A stretch of 64,000 nt of DNA from Actinomycetota bacterium (GTDB lineage: Bacteria > Actinomycetota > Acidimicrobiia > Spongiisociales > UBA11373), in the NCBI GenBank assembly GCA_020444505.1, contig JAHLKU010000003.1, forward strand, positions 21,824 through 85,823, read 5' to 3'. Each line of letters starts with the position of its first letter. Within the stretch, counting starts at the first letter, position 1. Of this stretch, positions 48,858 through 58,180 are shown piece after piece. The notes below the pieces were generated by a model that made no database searches, was not told where the DNA came from, and was given only the letters and a program-made list of their open reading frames with translations. The position numbers and the translations under genes are program-made.

Positions 48858-49562
48858 GTGCGCCGCATCGCCGCCGCCATCGCCGTCGCCGTCGCCCTCG
48901 CCGCCGCGGGGTGCGGCGACGCGCTCTCGGGGGTCGGGGACTTCTCGAGCGACTTCGTCCACGGGGACCGCACCTCCACCAGCGTGACGGTCGCCGACAC
49001 CGGCCCGGTGCTGCAGATCACCGGCATCACCGGGGCCGTGTGGGTGAACGACGGGCTCGACCTGACGGCCTCCGGGAACCGCGACGTGTTGCTGCGCGAC
49101 ATCTGGGCCCGCAGCGACGGCCAGTCGTCGTACATCCAGTCGGGGCGGGCGGAGATCGCCATGGCCCTGCCGGGGGTGGAGGTCCCGACGCTGATGCCGT
49201 CGTCGGTGACCCACATCAGCAGCCAACTGGTGTTCGACCCCCAGACCGCGCTGCTGGAGGCCTCCACCTCGGCGGCGTTCGGCTACTGGTCGGGCGAGCC
49301 GTACGTGAAGCCGCGCTCGGAGGGGCAGCTGATGGTGCTCCGGGTGGGCCTGGCGACCAGCGAGGAGGCGGCGCAGTTCTCCGACATCTCCGTCTTCAAC
49401 GTGGAGGGCGGGCGGGAGCTCGCCTGGGTGAACGGCGGCTACGTCTACCAGTTGTTCTGCCGCACCGGCGTCATCGAGGAGGCGTGCCTGGCGGTGGCGG
49501 ACTCGTTCCAGCCGCTGACCCTGCTCACCATGCTGGACGCCCCCGCCCCGGCCGGGGGCTAG
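48858..49562 (+). CDS. Hypothetical lipoprotein
   Basis: GAGGAGG RBS, signal peptide with lipobox LAAAGC. Confidence 0.65.
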   Translation: MRRIAAAIAVAVALAAAGCGDALSGVGDFSSDFVHGDRTSTSVTVADTGPVLQITGITGAVWVNDGLDLTASGNRDVLLRDIWARSDGQSSYIQSGRAEIAMALPGVEVPTLMPSSVTHISSQLVFDPQTALLEASTSAAFGYWSGEPYVKPRSEGQLMVLRVGLATSEEAAQFSDISVFNVEGGRELAWVNGGYVYQLFCRTGVIEEACLAVADSFQPLTLLTMLDAPAPAGG

Positions 49563-49601
49563 CGGGGCGGCCTTCCGGCCCGCCGGCGGTAGAGTCCCGG
49601 G

Positions 49602-50882
49602 GTGCTCCGCCTGCAGATCGCCATCGCCGCAGGGCGCCTCGCCGGCCGGGCCAGCCAGCTGCTCGGGAGGGGCGGCTCGGCGGTCCCCGGCCTCGTCGCC
49701 GAGCGGATCGACCCCCGCCTCATCGACCGGCTGGTGGCCTCCATCCCCCGGGTGGTGGTGGTCACCGGCACCAACGGCAAGACGACCACCACCAAGCTGC
49801 TGGTGGGGATGCTGGAGTCGGCCGGACGGCGGGTGGTCACCAACCCCACCGGCTCCAACCTGGCGCGCGGCGTCGCCACGCGGCTCATCGAGGTGGCACG
49901 GCGCGGCCGGGTGGACACCGACATCGCCGTCTTCGAGGTCGACGAGGCCGCGGTGCGCGCCCTCGGGCCCCGGTTGCGCCCCGCGGTGACCGTGGTCACC
50001 AACCTGGCCCGCGACCAGTTGGACCGCTACGGCGAACTGGACACCACCGCCGCCCACGTCCGCTCGGCGCTCGAGCACGCCGCGATCGCCGTGCTCAACG
50101 CCGACGACCCGATGGTCGCCGGGCTGGCCGGCACCGCCGGGGCCGACCGGTTCTTCGGGGGGTCCGACCCGGTACGGGCCCAGATGCCCGACGACCGCAC
50201 GCTCTACGGCGACGCCGGCGGGCCCCGCCCCGGGCCGGAGCCGTCGGTGCTGGTGCGCGCTGCCGAGCCGGCGGGGGAAGGGCAGCGGGCCGCCCTCACC
50301 GTGGACGGAGAGGACCTCGAGGTGCGGCTGCTCCTGCCCGGCGTGTACAACGCCTACAACGCCGCCGCCGCCGTCGCCGCCGCCACCGCCCTGGGTGTGG
50401 AGGCGGCCGTCGCCGCCGGGGCGGCGGCGGGCGTGGTGCCGGCGTGGGGCCGTGGACAGACCGTCGAGTACCGGGGCCGCAGGGTCCGGCTGCTGCTGGT
50501 GAAGAACCCGGCGGGCTTCAACCAGGCGATCCGCCTGCTGGCCGGAGAGGAGCCGGGTGCGCAGGTGATGATCTCGATCAACGACCACACCGCCGACGGG
50601 CGCGATGTGTCGTGGCTGTGGGACGCCCGGGTGGAGGACCTGGCCGGCACCGGCCACCGCTTCGTGACGTCGGGCACGAGGGCGCTCGACATGGCGGTGC
50701 GCCTCAAGTACGCCGGCGCCGCCGCCGAGTGGGCGGAGCCCGACCCGCGCACCGCCCTCGACCGGTTCGTCGACGGCGTCGCCGCAGGCGGCACGGCCAC
50801 CCTGGTGCCCACCTACACCGCGATGCTCGACCTGCTGCACCTGCTGCAGCCCGACACCCACCGGCGGGAGGCGTGGACGTGA
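49602..50882 (+). CDS. murT: Lipid II isoglutaminyl synthase subunit MurT
   Basis: GGSAVPG, VTGTNGKTTT, GSNL, EVDEA, NLARDQLDRYGE, LVKNPAG, DGRDVSWLWD, TYTAML; adjacent to gatD. Confidence 0.9.
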   Translation: MLRLQIAIAAGRLAGRASQLLGRGGSAVPGLVAERIDPRLIDRLVASIPRVVVVTGTNGKTTTTKLLVGMLESAGRRVVTNPTGSNLARGVATRLIEVARRGRVDTDIAVFEVDEAAVRALGPRLRPAVTVVTNLARDQLDRYGELDTTAAHVRSALEHAAIAVLNADDPMVAGLAGTAGADRFFGGSDPVRAQMPDDRTLYGDAGGPRPGPEPSVLVRAAEPAGEGQRAALTVDGEDLEVRLLLPGVYNAYNAAAAVAAATALGVEAAVAAGAAAGVVPAWGRGQTVEYRGRRVRLLLVKNPAGFNQAIRLLAGEEPGAQVMISINDHTADGRDVSWLWDARVEDLAGTGHRFVTSGTRALDMAVRLKYAGAAAEWAEPDPRTALDRFVDGVAAGGTATLVPTYTAMLDLLHLLQPDTHRREAWT

Positions 50883-51592
50883 GGCTGGTGATCGCCCATC
50901 TGTACCCCGCCGAGATGAACATCTACGGCGACACCGGCAACGTCATCGCCCTCTCCCGGCGCCTGGAGTGGAGGGGCATCGACGCCGTGGTCGAGCGCAT
51001 CGCCGTGGGCGACCCGTACGACTTCACGGCGGCCGACGTGGTGGTGGCCGGCGGCGGTGAGGATCGCGCCCAGCTGGCGGTGGCCGCCGACCTGCAGCGG
51101 CGCGCCGGTGACATCCGCGAGGCGGTGGCGGCGGGGACGGTGTTCCTCACCATCTGCGGCACCTACCAGTTGTTCGGGCACCGCTTCGTCACCCACGACG
51201 GCGACGAGATGCCGGGCATCGGGGTGTTCGACCTGGAGACCCACGGTGGGGACGAGCGGATGATCGGCAACATCGTGCTCGACACCGAGTGGGGCCCCCT
51301 GGTGGGGTTCGAGAACCACAGCGGCAGGACCTTCCTGGGTGAGGGACAGCAACCGCTGGGGATGGTGCGCAAGGGGTACGGGAACAACGAGCGCGACTTC
51401 GACGAGGGAGCGGTCGCCGCCAACGCCTTCGGTTCGTACCTGCACGGGGCGCTGCTGCCCAAGAACCCGGCGTTCGCCGACGAACTGCTGCGGCGGGCGC
51501 TGGTGCAGCGCCACGGGGACGATGCCGTGCTGGGGCCGCTGGACGACGGGGTGGAGCGGGCGGCAGCCGACGCGGCGGCCACCCGGCCCTGA
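50879..51592 (+). CDS. gatD: Glutamine amidotransferase GatD (CobQ-like)
   Basis: HLYP..MNIYGDTGN, GGGED, ICGTYQL, GFENHSG, SYLHGALLPKNP. Confidence 0.9.
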   Translation: MRLVIAHLYPAEMNIYGDTGNVIALSRRLEWRGIDAVVERIAVGDPYDFTAADVVVAGGGEDRAQLAVAADLQRRAGDIREAVAAGTVFLTICGTYQLFGHRFVTHDGDEMPGIGVFDLETHGGDERMIGNIVLDTEWGPLVGFENHSGRTFLGEGQQPLGMVRKGYGNNERDFDEGAVAANAFGSYLHGALLPKNPAFADELLRRALVQRHGDDAVLGPLDDGVERAAADAAATRP

Positions 51593-51595
51593 CGA

Positions 51596-51976
51596 TCAGA
51601 CCGCCAGGGAGGAGGGCCCGTGCCCGGTGTCGTCGATGCCGATGGCGAACTCCAGGCCCTCCGCCGACGAACGCAGCAGGTAGACGGCGTCGATGTTGAC
51701 CCCGGCGTCGGCGAGGCGCCGGGTCATGGCGGCGACCGCACCGGGCTCATGGGGGAGGTGGGTCACCTGCACGGGCCGCTCTTCGAAGGAGATGGCGGCG
51801 TCGCGCAGCACCGTCCGTGCGGTGGGGGCGTCGTCCACCATCAGGCGCACCACCCCGATCTCGTTGACCCCGAACGCGGCCAGCGCCTCGATGTTGACGC
51901 CGGCCTCGGCCAGCTTCTCAGTGAGGCAGGCCAGCATCCCGGGCTGGTTGGCGAGGTGCACCGTGAACTCGGTCAT
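51596..51976 (-). CDS. Tandem ACT-domain protein
   Basis: NQPGMLA...LAEAGVNI and HEPGAVA...LADAGVNI repeats. Confidence 0.85.
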   Translation of the reverse strand: MTEFTVHLANQPGMLACLTEKLAEAGVNIEALAAFGVNEIGVVRLMVDDAPTARTVLRDAAISFEERPVQVTHLPHEPGAVAAMTRRLADAGVNIDAVYLLRSSAEGLEFAIGIDDTGHGPSSLAV

Positions 51977-52105
51977 GCTCCGATGCTACGCCAGGACGGC
52001 GACGAGTAGCGTGGCGTCCGTGCGATGGACCGAGACCGCCCTGCCGCCCGCCCTCCCCGACGCCGGCGCCCGCATCACCGCCGCGGCGGACCCGGAGCCG
52101 GGCGG

Positions 52106-52651
52106 ATGACCGCCGGACGCCACCGGACGTGGGTGGACGGGAGATGGGCAGAGGTGCCGGTGGCGTCCATGGGCGGCGAGTCGCTGGTCGTGCCGGTGGT
52201 GGCCGCGCTGGTGTTCCCCGACGACCGGCGCGACCGGATCCTGCTGCAGCGCAGGGACAAGCGGGATGCGGTCCGGGGCAGACGGGAGATCCCGATGGGG
52301 CGGTGGCGGGCGGGGGAGACGCCGGAGGAGGCGCTCACCCGCGAGGTGGAGGAGGAGACCGGCCTGCGGGTGGTGGCCGTCGAGGCGCCCGCCGTGCGCC
52401 ACGAGGCGGCGCCCGGCAGGCCGTTCCTGGCCCTGGAGCCGCTCACCGTCACCGTGGGCGTCGCCGGCGCCTACCCGGCCCTCCACCTGTGCTTCGCCTG
52501 CATCGCCGAGGGGGAGCCCCGGGCACTGGAGGGAGAGACGGCCGACCCGGAGTGGGTGCCGGTCGCCCGCCTCGCAGGGTTGCTCTCCTCGCCGGAGGAG
52601 TTCACCGGCCCGGCGCTGGCGATCCTGCGGACCTGGCTGGCGCGCCGCTGA
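52106..52651 (+). CDS. NUDIX hydrolase
   Basis: ILLQRR, G..RAGETPEEALTREVEEETGL Nudix box; start uncertain. Confidence 0.8.
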   Translation: MTAGRHRTWVDGRWAEVPVASMGGESLVVPVVAALVFPDDRRDRILLQRRDKRDAVRGRREIPMGRWRAGETPEEALTREVEEETGLRVVAVEAPAVRHEAAPGRPFLALEPLTVTVGVAGAYPALHLCFACIAEGEPRALEGETADPEWVPVARLAGLLSSPEEFTGPALAILRTWLARR

Positions 52652-52658
52652 CCGCCCG

Positions 52659-53543
52659 CTACGAGGTGGCGTCGAGGAAGGCCACGAGGGCGGCGCCCAC
52701 CTCCTCGCCGGCGTCCTCCTGCAGGAAGTGGCCGGCCCCCTCGATGGTCTGCAGCAGCCCGGCGCCCGGGATGTGCGCGGCGAGGCGCTCGCCCACCCGG
52801 GTGGGGAAGATCGGGTCGCCGGTGGAGAACAGCACCTGGGCGGGGCGGTCCCAGCGCCCCAGGGCCTCCAGGGTCGCGGCCATCGCCGCCGCCCCCGCGT
52901 CGTCCGGCGACGTCGGGACGATCAGCGGGAACCGGTGGGCCCCGGCGAGGTACTCGGGGCCGGGGAAGGGCGCCTCGTAGGCGGCGAGGACGTCGTCGGG
53001 CCAGGGGCGGGCCATCGACCGGCGCATGATGGTGCCGACCGGCAGCACCTCGACCTGCTCGACGAACGCCCGCCACGCCAGGAACCCCTCCGACATCCGG
53101 CCGCTCCCGGTGAACAGGGCGGTGTTGAGGATCGAGAGGCGCGAGAACCGCTCGGGGTGCTCGACGGCGAGGCGCAGCCCGATGGGGCCGCCCCAGTCCT
53201 GGACCACCGCGGCCGCCCCTTCGAGGCCGAGGTGCTCGGCGGCGGCCGCCATCGCCGCCACGTGGCGGTCGTAGGTGTACCAGGAGCGATCGGCGGGCTT
53301 GTCGCTGCGGCCGAAGCCGGGCAGGTCGGGGGCGATCGCCCGGTAGCCGGCGGCGAGGAGGGCGTCGATCACCTTGCGGTAGAGGTAGGACCAGGTGGGC
53401 TCGCCGTGGAACAGCATCACCGGCGGGCCATCGCCCTCGTCCACGTAGTGGAGCCGCAGCCCATCCCAGTCGAGGTACCGGGGCTCCCAGGGCAGCAGGC
53501 CGTCGAACCGGACGTCGGGGGTGCGCAGCGCTTCGACGCTCAC
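52659..53543 (-). CDS. Haloalkane dehalogenase (alpha/beta hydrolase)
   Basis: LRTPD.RF, HGEPTWSYLYRK, APDLPGFGRSDKP, VQDWGG (nucleophile Asp), GHFLQED. Confidence 0.9.
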   Translation of the reverse strand: MSVEALRTPDVRFDGLLPWEPRYLDWDGLRLHYVDEGDGPPVMLFHGEPTWSYLYRKVIDALLAAGYRAIAPDLPGFGRSDKPADRSWYTYDRHVAAMAAAAEHLGLEGAAAVVQDWGGPIGLRLAVEHPERFSRLSILNTALFTGSGRMSEGFLAWRAFVEQVEVLPVGTIMRRSMARPWPDDVLAAYEAPFPGPEYLAGAHRFPLIVPTSPDDAGAAAMAATLEALGRWDRPAQVLFSTGDPIFPTRVGERLAAHIPGAGLLQTIEGAGHFLQEDAGEEVGAALVAFLDATS

Positions 53544-54034
53544 GCCCCGGCGTCCTCCGCCTCCGACGGGCGCGCTGCCGGCACCACCAGCACCGGCCGC
53601 TGCAGGTCGCGCATCACCCGCGCCGACACGCTCTCCCAGTCGTCGAACAACTGCCTGGTCGCGCCCACCACCACCACGTCGGCGTCCATGTCGTCGGCCT
53701 GGGCGATGATGGTCGCCGCCGGGTCCTCGCCCTCGACGTAGCGGACCGAGGCCTCGAGGCCCCTGCCCCGCAGCGCGGCCAGCACCGGCTCGGTGATCCT
53801 CTGGCCCCGCTCGGCCACGTACCGCTCGATGACGGCGTCCTCCTCCTCGGTCCAGTCCGGGGAACTGCCGGTGAGCGGGTGCCACTGTTCGGAGCGGATC
53901 GTGTCCAGGAACGAGCGGGGCACTTCGATCACGGTGATGACGGCGACCCCGCCTCCCTCGCCCACCAGACGCGAGGCGAACTCGGCCACGGGCTCGGGGT
54001 TCAGGACGCCGGCGGTGGCGATCAGCATGCGCAC
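53540..54034 (-). CDS. Universal stress protein (UspA family)
   Basis: DPAATII, ADVVVVG, SVSARVMR..RPVLVV. Confidence 0.8.
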   Translation of the reverse strand: MRMLIATAGVLNPEPVAEFASRLVGEGGGVAVITVIEVPRSFLDTIRSEQWHPLTGSSPDWTEEEDAVIERYVAERGQRITEPVLAALRGRGLEASVRYVEGEDPAATIIAQADDMDADVVVVGATRQLFDDWESVSARVMRDLQRPVLVVPAARPSEAEDAGA

Positions 54035-54090
54035 CAGCCCAGGTTATCGACCCGGCCCGGGGTACGCTCCGCTGCCCGTCGGGAGGTGCC

Positions 54091-54603
54091 GTGGAACGCG
54101 ACGTCGCAGCCGAGACCGTCAACCGGGTCCTGTGGAAGATCCCCAACGTCCTCTGCCTGGTCGGGAGCCGGGCCGGGGACCGATGGAACGGGATGACCGC
54201 CTCGTGGGTGACCCAGGTGGCGATGGACCCGGTGCTCGTCGCGGTCGGGATCGACGCCGCGTCCCTCACCCGCGAACTGATCGCCGAGGGCGGTTCGTTC
54301 ACCGTGAACCTGTGGCCGCGCGACGACACCCGCACGTTCGTGAAGTTCTCCAAGCCCGCCGACAAGGACGGCATGACCCTCAACGGCCGGCCGATCCGCG
54401 AGGGCGTCACCGGTGCGCCGGTGTTCGAGGAGGCGGCCGCCTACCTCGACTGTCGGGTGTGGAAGACCGTCGACGCGGGCAGCCACGCGCTCGTGCTCGG
54501 CGAGGTGGTGGACTGCGGGTTCCACGGAGACCCGGAGGCACCCGTGGCCCGGATGGAGGACACGCGCATGAAGTACGGGGGCGTGGCCCGCGGGGGCCAC
54601 TGA
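54091..54603 (+). CDS. Flavin reductase family protein
   Basis: NGMTASWVTQV.MDP, FTVNL, GVTGAPV, GSHALVLGEVV, MKYGG. Confidence 0.88.
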   Translation: MERDVAAETVNRVLWKIPNVLCLVGSRAGDRWNGMTASWVTQVAMDPVLVAVGIDAASLTRELIAEGGSFTVNLWPRDDTRTFVKFSKPADKDGMTLNGRPIREGVTGAPVFEEAAAYLDCRVWKTVDAGSHALVLGEVVDCGFHGDPEAPVARMEDTRMKYGGVARGGH

Positions 54604-54605
54604 GC

Positions 54606-55166
54606 TCAGACGCCTGTGGATCCGTCCCGCAGACAGGCGACGATCGCCGCCCGCTCGGAGCGGCGGAGCGGACGGCTCGGGTGCCGCCACACCGCCTCGG
54701 CGAACCGGCCCGGCCGCACGACGAGCAGGCGGCCCAGCCGGTGGCCGGCTTCGCCGGGGACCGGGCTCACCAGCACCGGGTAGGGGAACACGTCGCCCGG
54801 CAGGTGGGAGAGCCGGGCGCGGAGGGCGGTCGCGGTGCGCAGGGCACGCTTGACCGGTTCCGGGTCGCGTGCGCCGGCGCGTACCAGCCCGAGCCGCTCC
54901 CTGACGGCCCCGGGGCGGGGATCGGGGTCGCGGCACACCGCGAACACGCCGTTGGGCCCGACGGCCGCCAGATCGGCGGTCTCGGGTCCGGCGGCGACGC
55001 CGTCGAGCACGACCCAGTCGCCGGGGAGTGCGCCGAGCGCCTCCACCGCCGTCGGAGGCGGCGCAGCGGCGGGGCCGGGGGGCAGGTGCGGCGCGATCGG
55101 CACCACCCGGGCCAGCGTGGGCGCGGCCGGGGCGTCGACGGTGTGCGGCAGGGGCACCACGGACAT
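54606..55166 (-). CDS. Hypothetical protein, possibly a degenerate NERD-like domain
   Basis: LPGDWVVL...ADLAAVGPNGVFAV resembles the NERD core but lacks the E.K motif. Confidence 0.45.
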   Translation of the reverse strand: MSVVPLPHTVDAPAAPTLARVVPIAPHLPPGPAAAPPPTAVEALGALPGDWVVLDGVAAGPETADLAAVGPNGVFAVCRDPDPRPGAVRERLGLVRAGARDPEPVKRALRTATALRARLSHLPGDVFPYPVLVSPVPGEAGHRLGRLLVVRPGRFAEAVWRHPSRPLRRSERAAIVACLRDGSTGV

Positions 55167-55202
55167 GCCGGTGTGATCGGCGGGTCCCGCGGCGGCCTTG
55201 AG

Positions 55203-56402
55203 TCAGGCGAGCGGGTAGCCGGGCTGGCCCGCCGCCACCCATGCGTCGAAGGCGGCGTCGTTGCCGATGTCCCGCCCTGCCTCGACGGCGGCGACGAAGC
55301 GGTAGTGGAGGAAGTCGGTGTAGGCCTGCACCGGGTCCTCGGTCCGCCGGTGCGGGAGCTCCTGGAGCCGGCGCAGCAGCGGCTCGAACACCTCGACCCG
55401 CCACCGGATGGCGGCGAGGGTCTTGTCCACCGGGCCGCGCTCCCGCAGCCCGGCCTCGTAGTAGTGCAGGTCGGCGAGGATCTGGCGGGCCTGGTGCTCG
55501 GAGGCGTCCACGCCGGTCAGTTCGCGGAGCCGGTGGCGGTGGTAGGTGCGGCCGGTGACGGCCAGGTGGAGGCGGAGCCGACTGCCGCCCTCCTCCGGGA
55601 CCAGGTCCAGGTCGCCCACCTCGAAACCGAGCTGGTTGATGGCGGCGATCCGTCCCTGGATGCGGTAGCGCTCCGACGGGTGCAATACCTCGAGGCGGGT
55701 CACCTCGGCCCACAGGGCGTGGTAGCGCTCGGCGATGGCCTCGCCGAGCGCCAGGTCGGCCTCGTCGATGTCGCGGCCGGAGGCGGCGGCGATGTCGGCC
55801 ATGCCGCCCGCCACGTTCACGATCATGATCTCGATGTCGTCGCGGCGCTGGCCGTCGGAGAGGGCCGGGCGGACCTCGGCCGTCTCGCCGTCCACCATCG
55901 TCACCTGGATCGCCTCGGCGTCGTAGCGGTACAGCACGTTGGAGAGCGAGCAGTCCCCCCAGTAGCACCCCAGCAGGTGCAGTTCGACCAGCAGCCCGGC
56001 GAAGGCGTCGAGCATCTGGTTGCGGCGGGCGCCGAACCCGGCCCCGGACAGCAGTTCCCGGTAGGAGAAGGCGTGATTGAGGTAGACGGTGATGACCGCC
56101 GCCGACCACTCCTCCGACGCATCCACCCAGGGGCGCTCCACCAGGCCCACCGGGACCACGGACGGAGCCTCGAGATCCTCCAGTGCCCGGAGCACCGTGT
56201 ACTCCTGCCGGGCGGCGGCCAGCGGCAACTCCTTGATGGCGTAGATGCCCTGCGCGTAGCCGTAGAACTGCACCTCGTGGCGGCTGATGCCCTTGGGGAG
56301 ATCGATGCGCCTGCGGTGCTCCCACCCCGTCATCGGCCGGTCCCAGGGGAGGTCGAGGAAGTCGGGATGGCCGCTGCGGACGGTCAGATGGGGCGTCGGC
56401 AT
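55203..56402 (-). CDS. DUF4032 / LPS-kinase-like protein
   Basis: FLDLPW, GISRHEV, AIKE, LLVELHL.G.YWGDCSLSNVLYR.D, VDGETAE. Confidence 0.8.
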   Translation of the reverse strand: MPTPHLTVRSGHPDFLDLPWDRPMTGWEHRRRIDLPKGISRHEVQFYGYAQGIYAIKELPLAAARQEYTVLRALEDLEAPSVVPVGLVERPWVDASEEWSAAVITVYLNHAFSYRELLSGAGFGARRNQMLDAFAGLLVELHLLGCYWGDCSLSNVLYRYDAEAIQVTMVDGETAEVRPALSDGQRRDDIEIMIVNVAGGMADIAAASGRDIDEADLALGEAIAERYHALWAEVTRLEVLHPSERYRIQGRIAAINQLGFEVGDLDLVPEEGGSRLRLHLAVTGRTYHRHRLRELTGVDASEHQARQILADLHYYEAGLRERGPVDKTLAAIRWRVEVFEPLLRRLQELPHRRTEDPVQAYTDFLHYRFVAAVEAGRDIGNDAAFDAWVAAGQPGYPLA

Positions 56403-56473
56403 GCGGCCATTGTGGTCGCTCGCCGCCGCCGTGGCCTGCACCCGTAGGATGACGGGGTCCCGAGGAGGCAGCG

Positions 56474-58177
56474 ATGACCGGCCCCACGCCACAGGCGCCC
56501 ACCCCGACCTCGCAGCTCGACCGCACCGTCGAGACCCTGCGCGCCGCCGCACCGGCGTGGGCCGGGGCGCCCATCGGCGAGCGGATCGCCCACCTCCGCA
56601 CGCTGCTGCGCCGCACCGCCGAGGTGGGGCCGGCGCTGGTGGATGCGGCGCTGGCGGCCAAGGGCGTGGACGGCCGGTTCGCAGGCGAGGAGTGGGTCGG
56701 CGCCGTGGCGATCCAGGCCCGGGTGCTGCGGGTGCTCATCGACACGCTGGAGGGGATCGAGCGACACGGGCGGGTGCCGATCCCGGCGTCGGCGGTGTCC
56801 ACCCGGCCCGACGGGCAGGTCGTGGTGCGGGTGACCCCCTTCGACGTCTACGACCGGGCGCTGTTCACCGGGTGGAGAGGGGAGGTGTGGCTGGAGCCGG
56901 AGGTGACCCTCGACGGCCTGGACGCCGCGCTCGGAGGCTTCTACACCAAGGGCGGCGCGGCCGAGCCGGGGGTCTCTGCGGTGATGGGTGCCGGCAACGT
57001 GGCCTGCATCGCCCCCACCGACGCCGTCCACAAGCTGTTCGTGGAGGGCAAGGCCGCCGTCGTGAAGCTGAACCCGGTCAACGACTACATCGGCCCGTTC
57101 CTGGAGCGGGTGTTCGCCGACCTCATCGACGCCGGCTGCGTCGGGGTGGCCTACGGGGGCGCCGGCGTCGGCGAGCACCTGGTGCACCACCCCCTGGTCA
57201 CCGACGTCCACCTGACCGGGTCGGCCGCCACCTACGACGCCATCGTCTACGGCACCGGCCCCGAGGGGGCGGCGCGCAAGGAGCGCGGCGAGCGGCTCCT
57301 CGACAAGTCGATCACGGCGGAGCTGGGCAACGTGAGCCCGGTGATCGTGGTGCCGGGGGAGTGGTCTGCCGGCGACCTGCGGTTCCAGGCCGAGCACATC
57401 GCCACGCAGATGAAGCACAACGACGGCTTCAACTGCAATGCCGCCAAGGTGCTGGTCCTGGCTGCGGGGTGGGCGCAGAAGGAGGCGTTCCTGGGGGAGC
57501 TGCGCCGGGTGCTCGGCTTCCTGCCGCCCCGCCCCGCCTACTACCCGGGGGCGATCGAACGATGGGAGGCCTTCACGGCATCGCATCCCGACGTAGAGCT
57601 GCTGGGGCCGGTCGCGCCGGGAAGGGTCCCGGCCACCCTGCTGCTGGGCGTCCCGGCAGGGTCCGGGCACAAGGCGTTCACCGACGAGGCGTTCTGCGCC
57701 GTCACCGCCGTGGTGGAACTGGATGCCGACGGCCCGCAGCGGTTCCTGGAACGGGCCGTCGCCTTTGCCAACGACGAGCTCACCGGGACGCTCAACGCGA
57801 CGATCCTCGCCGACCCCGGTGCCGTTGCCGCCCTCGGCGGCGGGCTGGACGCCGCGGTGGCGGGGCTGCGGTACGGCTCCGTGGGCGTGAACATGTGGGG
57901 CGGGGCCACCTACGCGCTCGGCGCGACCGTCTGGGGCGGCTTCCCCGCCGCCGACGGTGAGCCCACCCCGAGCGGCGTCGGGTTCGTGCACAACGGCCGC
58001 CTCATCGACCGGCCGCAGAAGTCGGTGCTGTGGGCGCCTTTCCGCATCCGGCCCAAGCCGCCGTGGTTCCTCACGCATCGCAACGGCAACCGGGCGATGC
58101 GGCACTTCGCCCGGTTCGAGACGGCGCCCGGGCCGCTGACCCTGGCGAGGGTGGCGGCAGCGTCGTTGCGGGGGTGA
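56474..58177 (+). CDS. Aldehyde dehydrogenase family protein
   Basis: MGAGN, KLNPVN, HLTGS, AELGNVSP, NDGFNCNA (catalytic Cys), EAFC, LRYG.VGVN. Confidence 0.85.
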   Translation: MTGPTPQAPTPTSQLDRTVETLRAAAPAWAGAPIGERIAHLRTLLRRTAEVGPALVDAALAAKGVDGRFAGEEWVGAVAIQARVLRVLIDTLEGIERHGRVPIPASAVSTRPDGQVVVRVTPFDVYDRALFTGWRGEVWLEPEVTLDGLDAALGGFYTKGGAAEPGVSAVMGAGNVACIAPTDAVHKLFVEGKAAVVKLNPVNDYIGPFLERVFADLIDAGCVGVAYGGAGVGEHLVHHPLVTDVHLTGSAATYDAIVYGTGPEGAARKERGERLLDKSITAELGNVSPVIVVPGEWSAGDLRFQAEHIATQMKHNDGFNCNAAKVLVLAAGWAQKEAFLGELRRVLGFLPPRPAYYPGAIERWEAFTASHPDVELLGPVAPGRVPATLLLGVPAGSGHKAFTDEAFCAVTAVVELDADGPQRFLERAVAFANDELTGTLNATILADPGAVAALGGGLDAAVAGLRYGSVGVNMWGGATYALGATVWGGFPAADGEPTPSGVGFVHNGRLIDRPQKSVLWAPFRIRPKPPWFLTHRNGNRAMRHFARFETAPGPLTLARVAAASLRG

Positions 58178-58180
58178 CCC

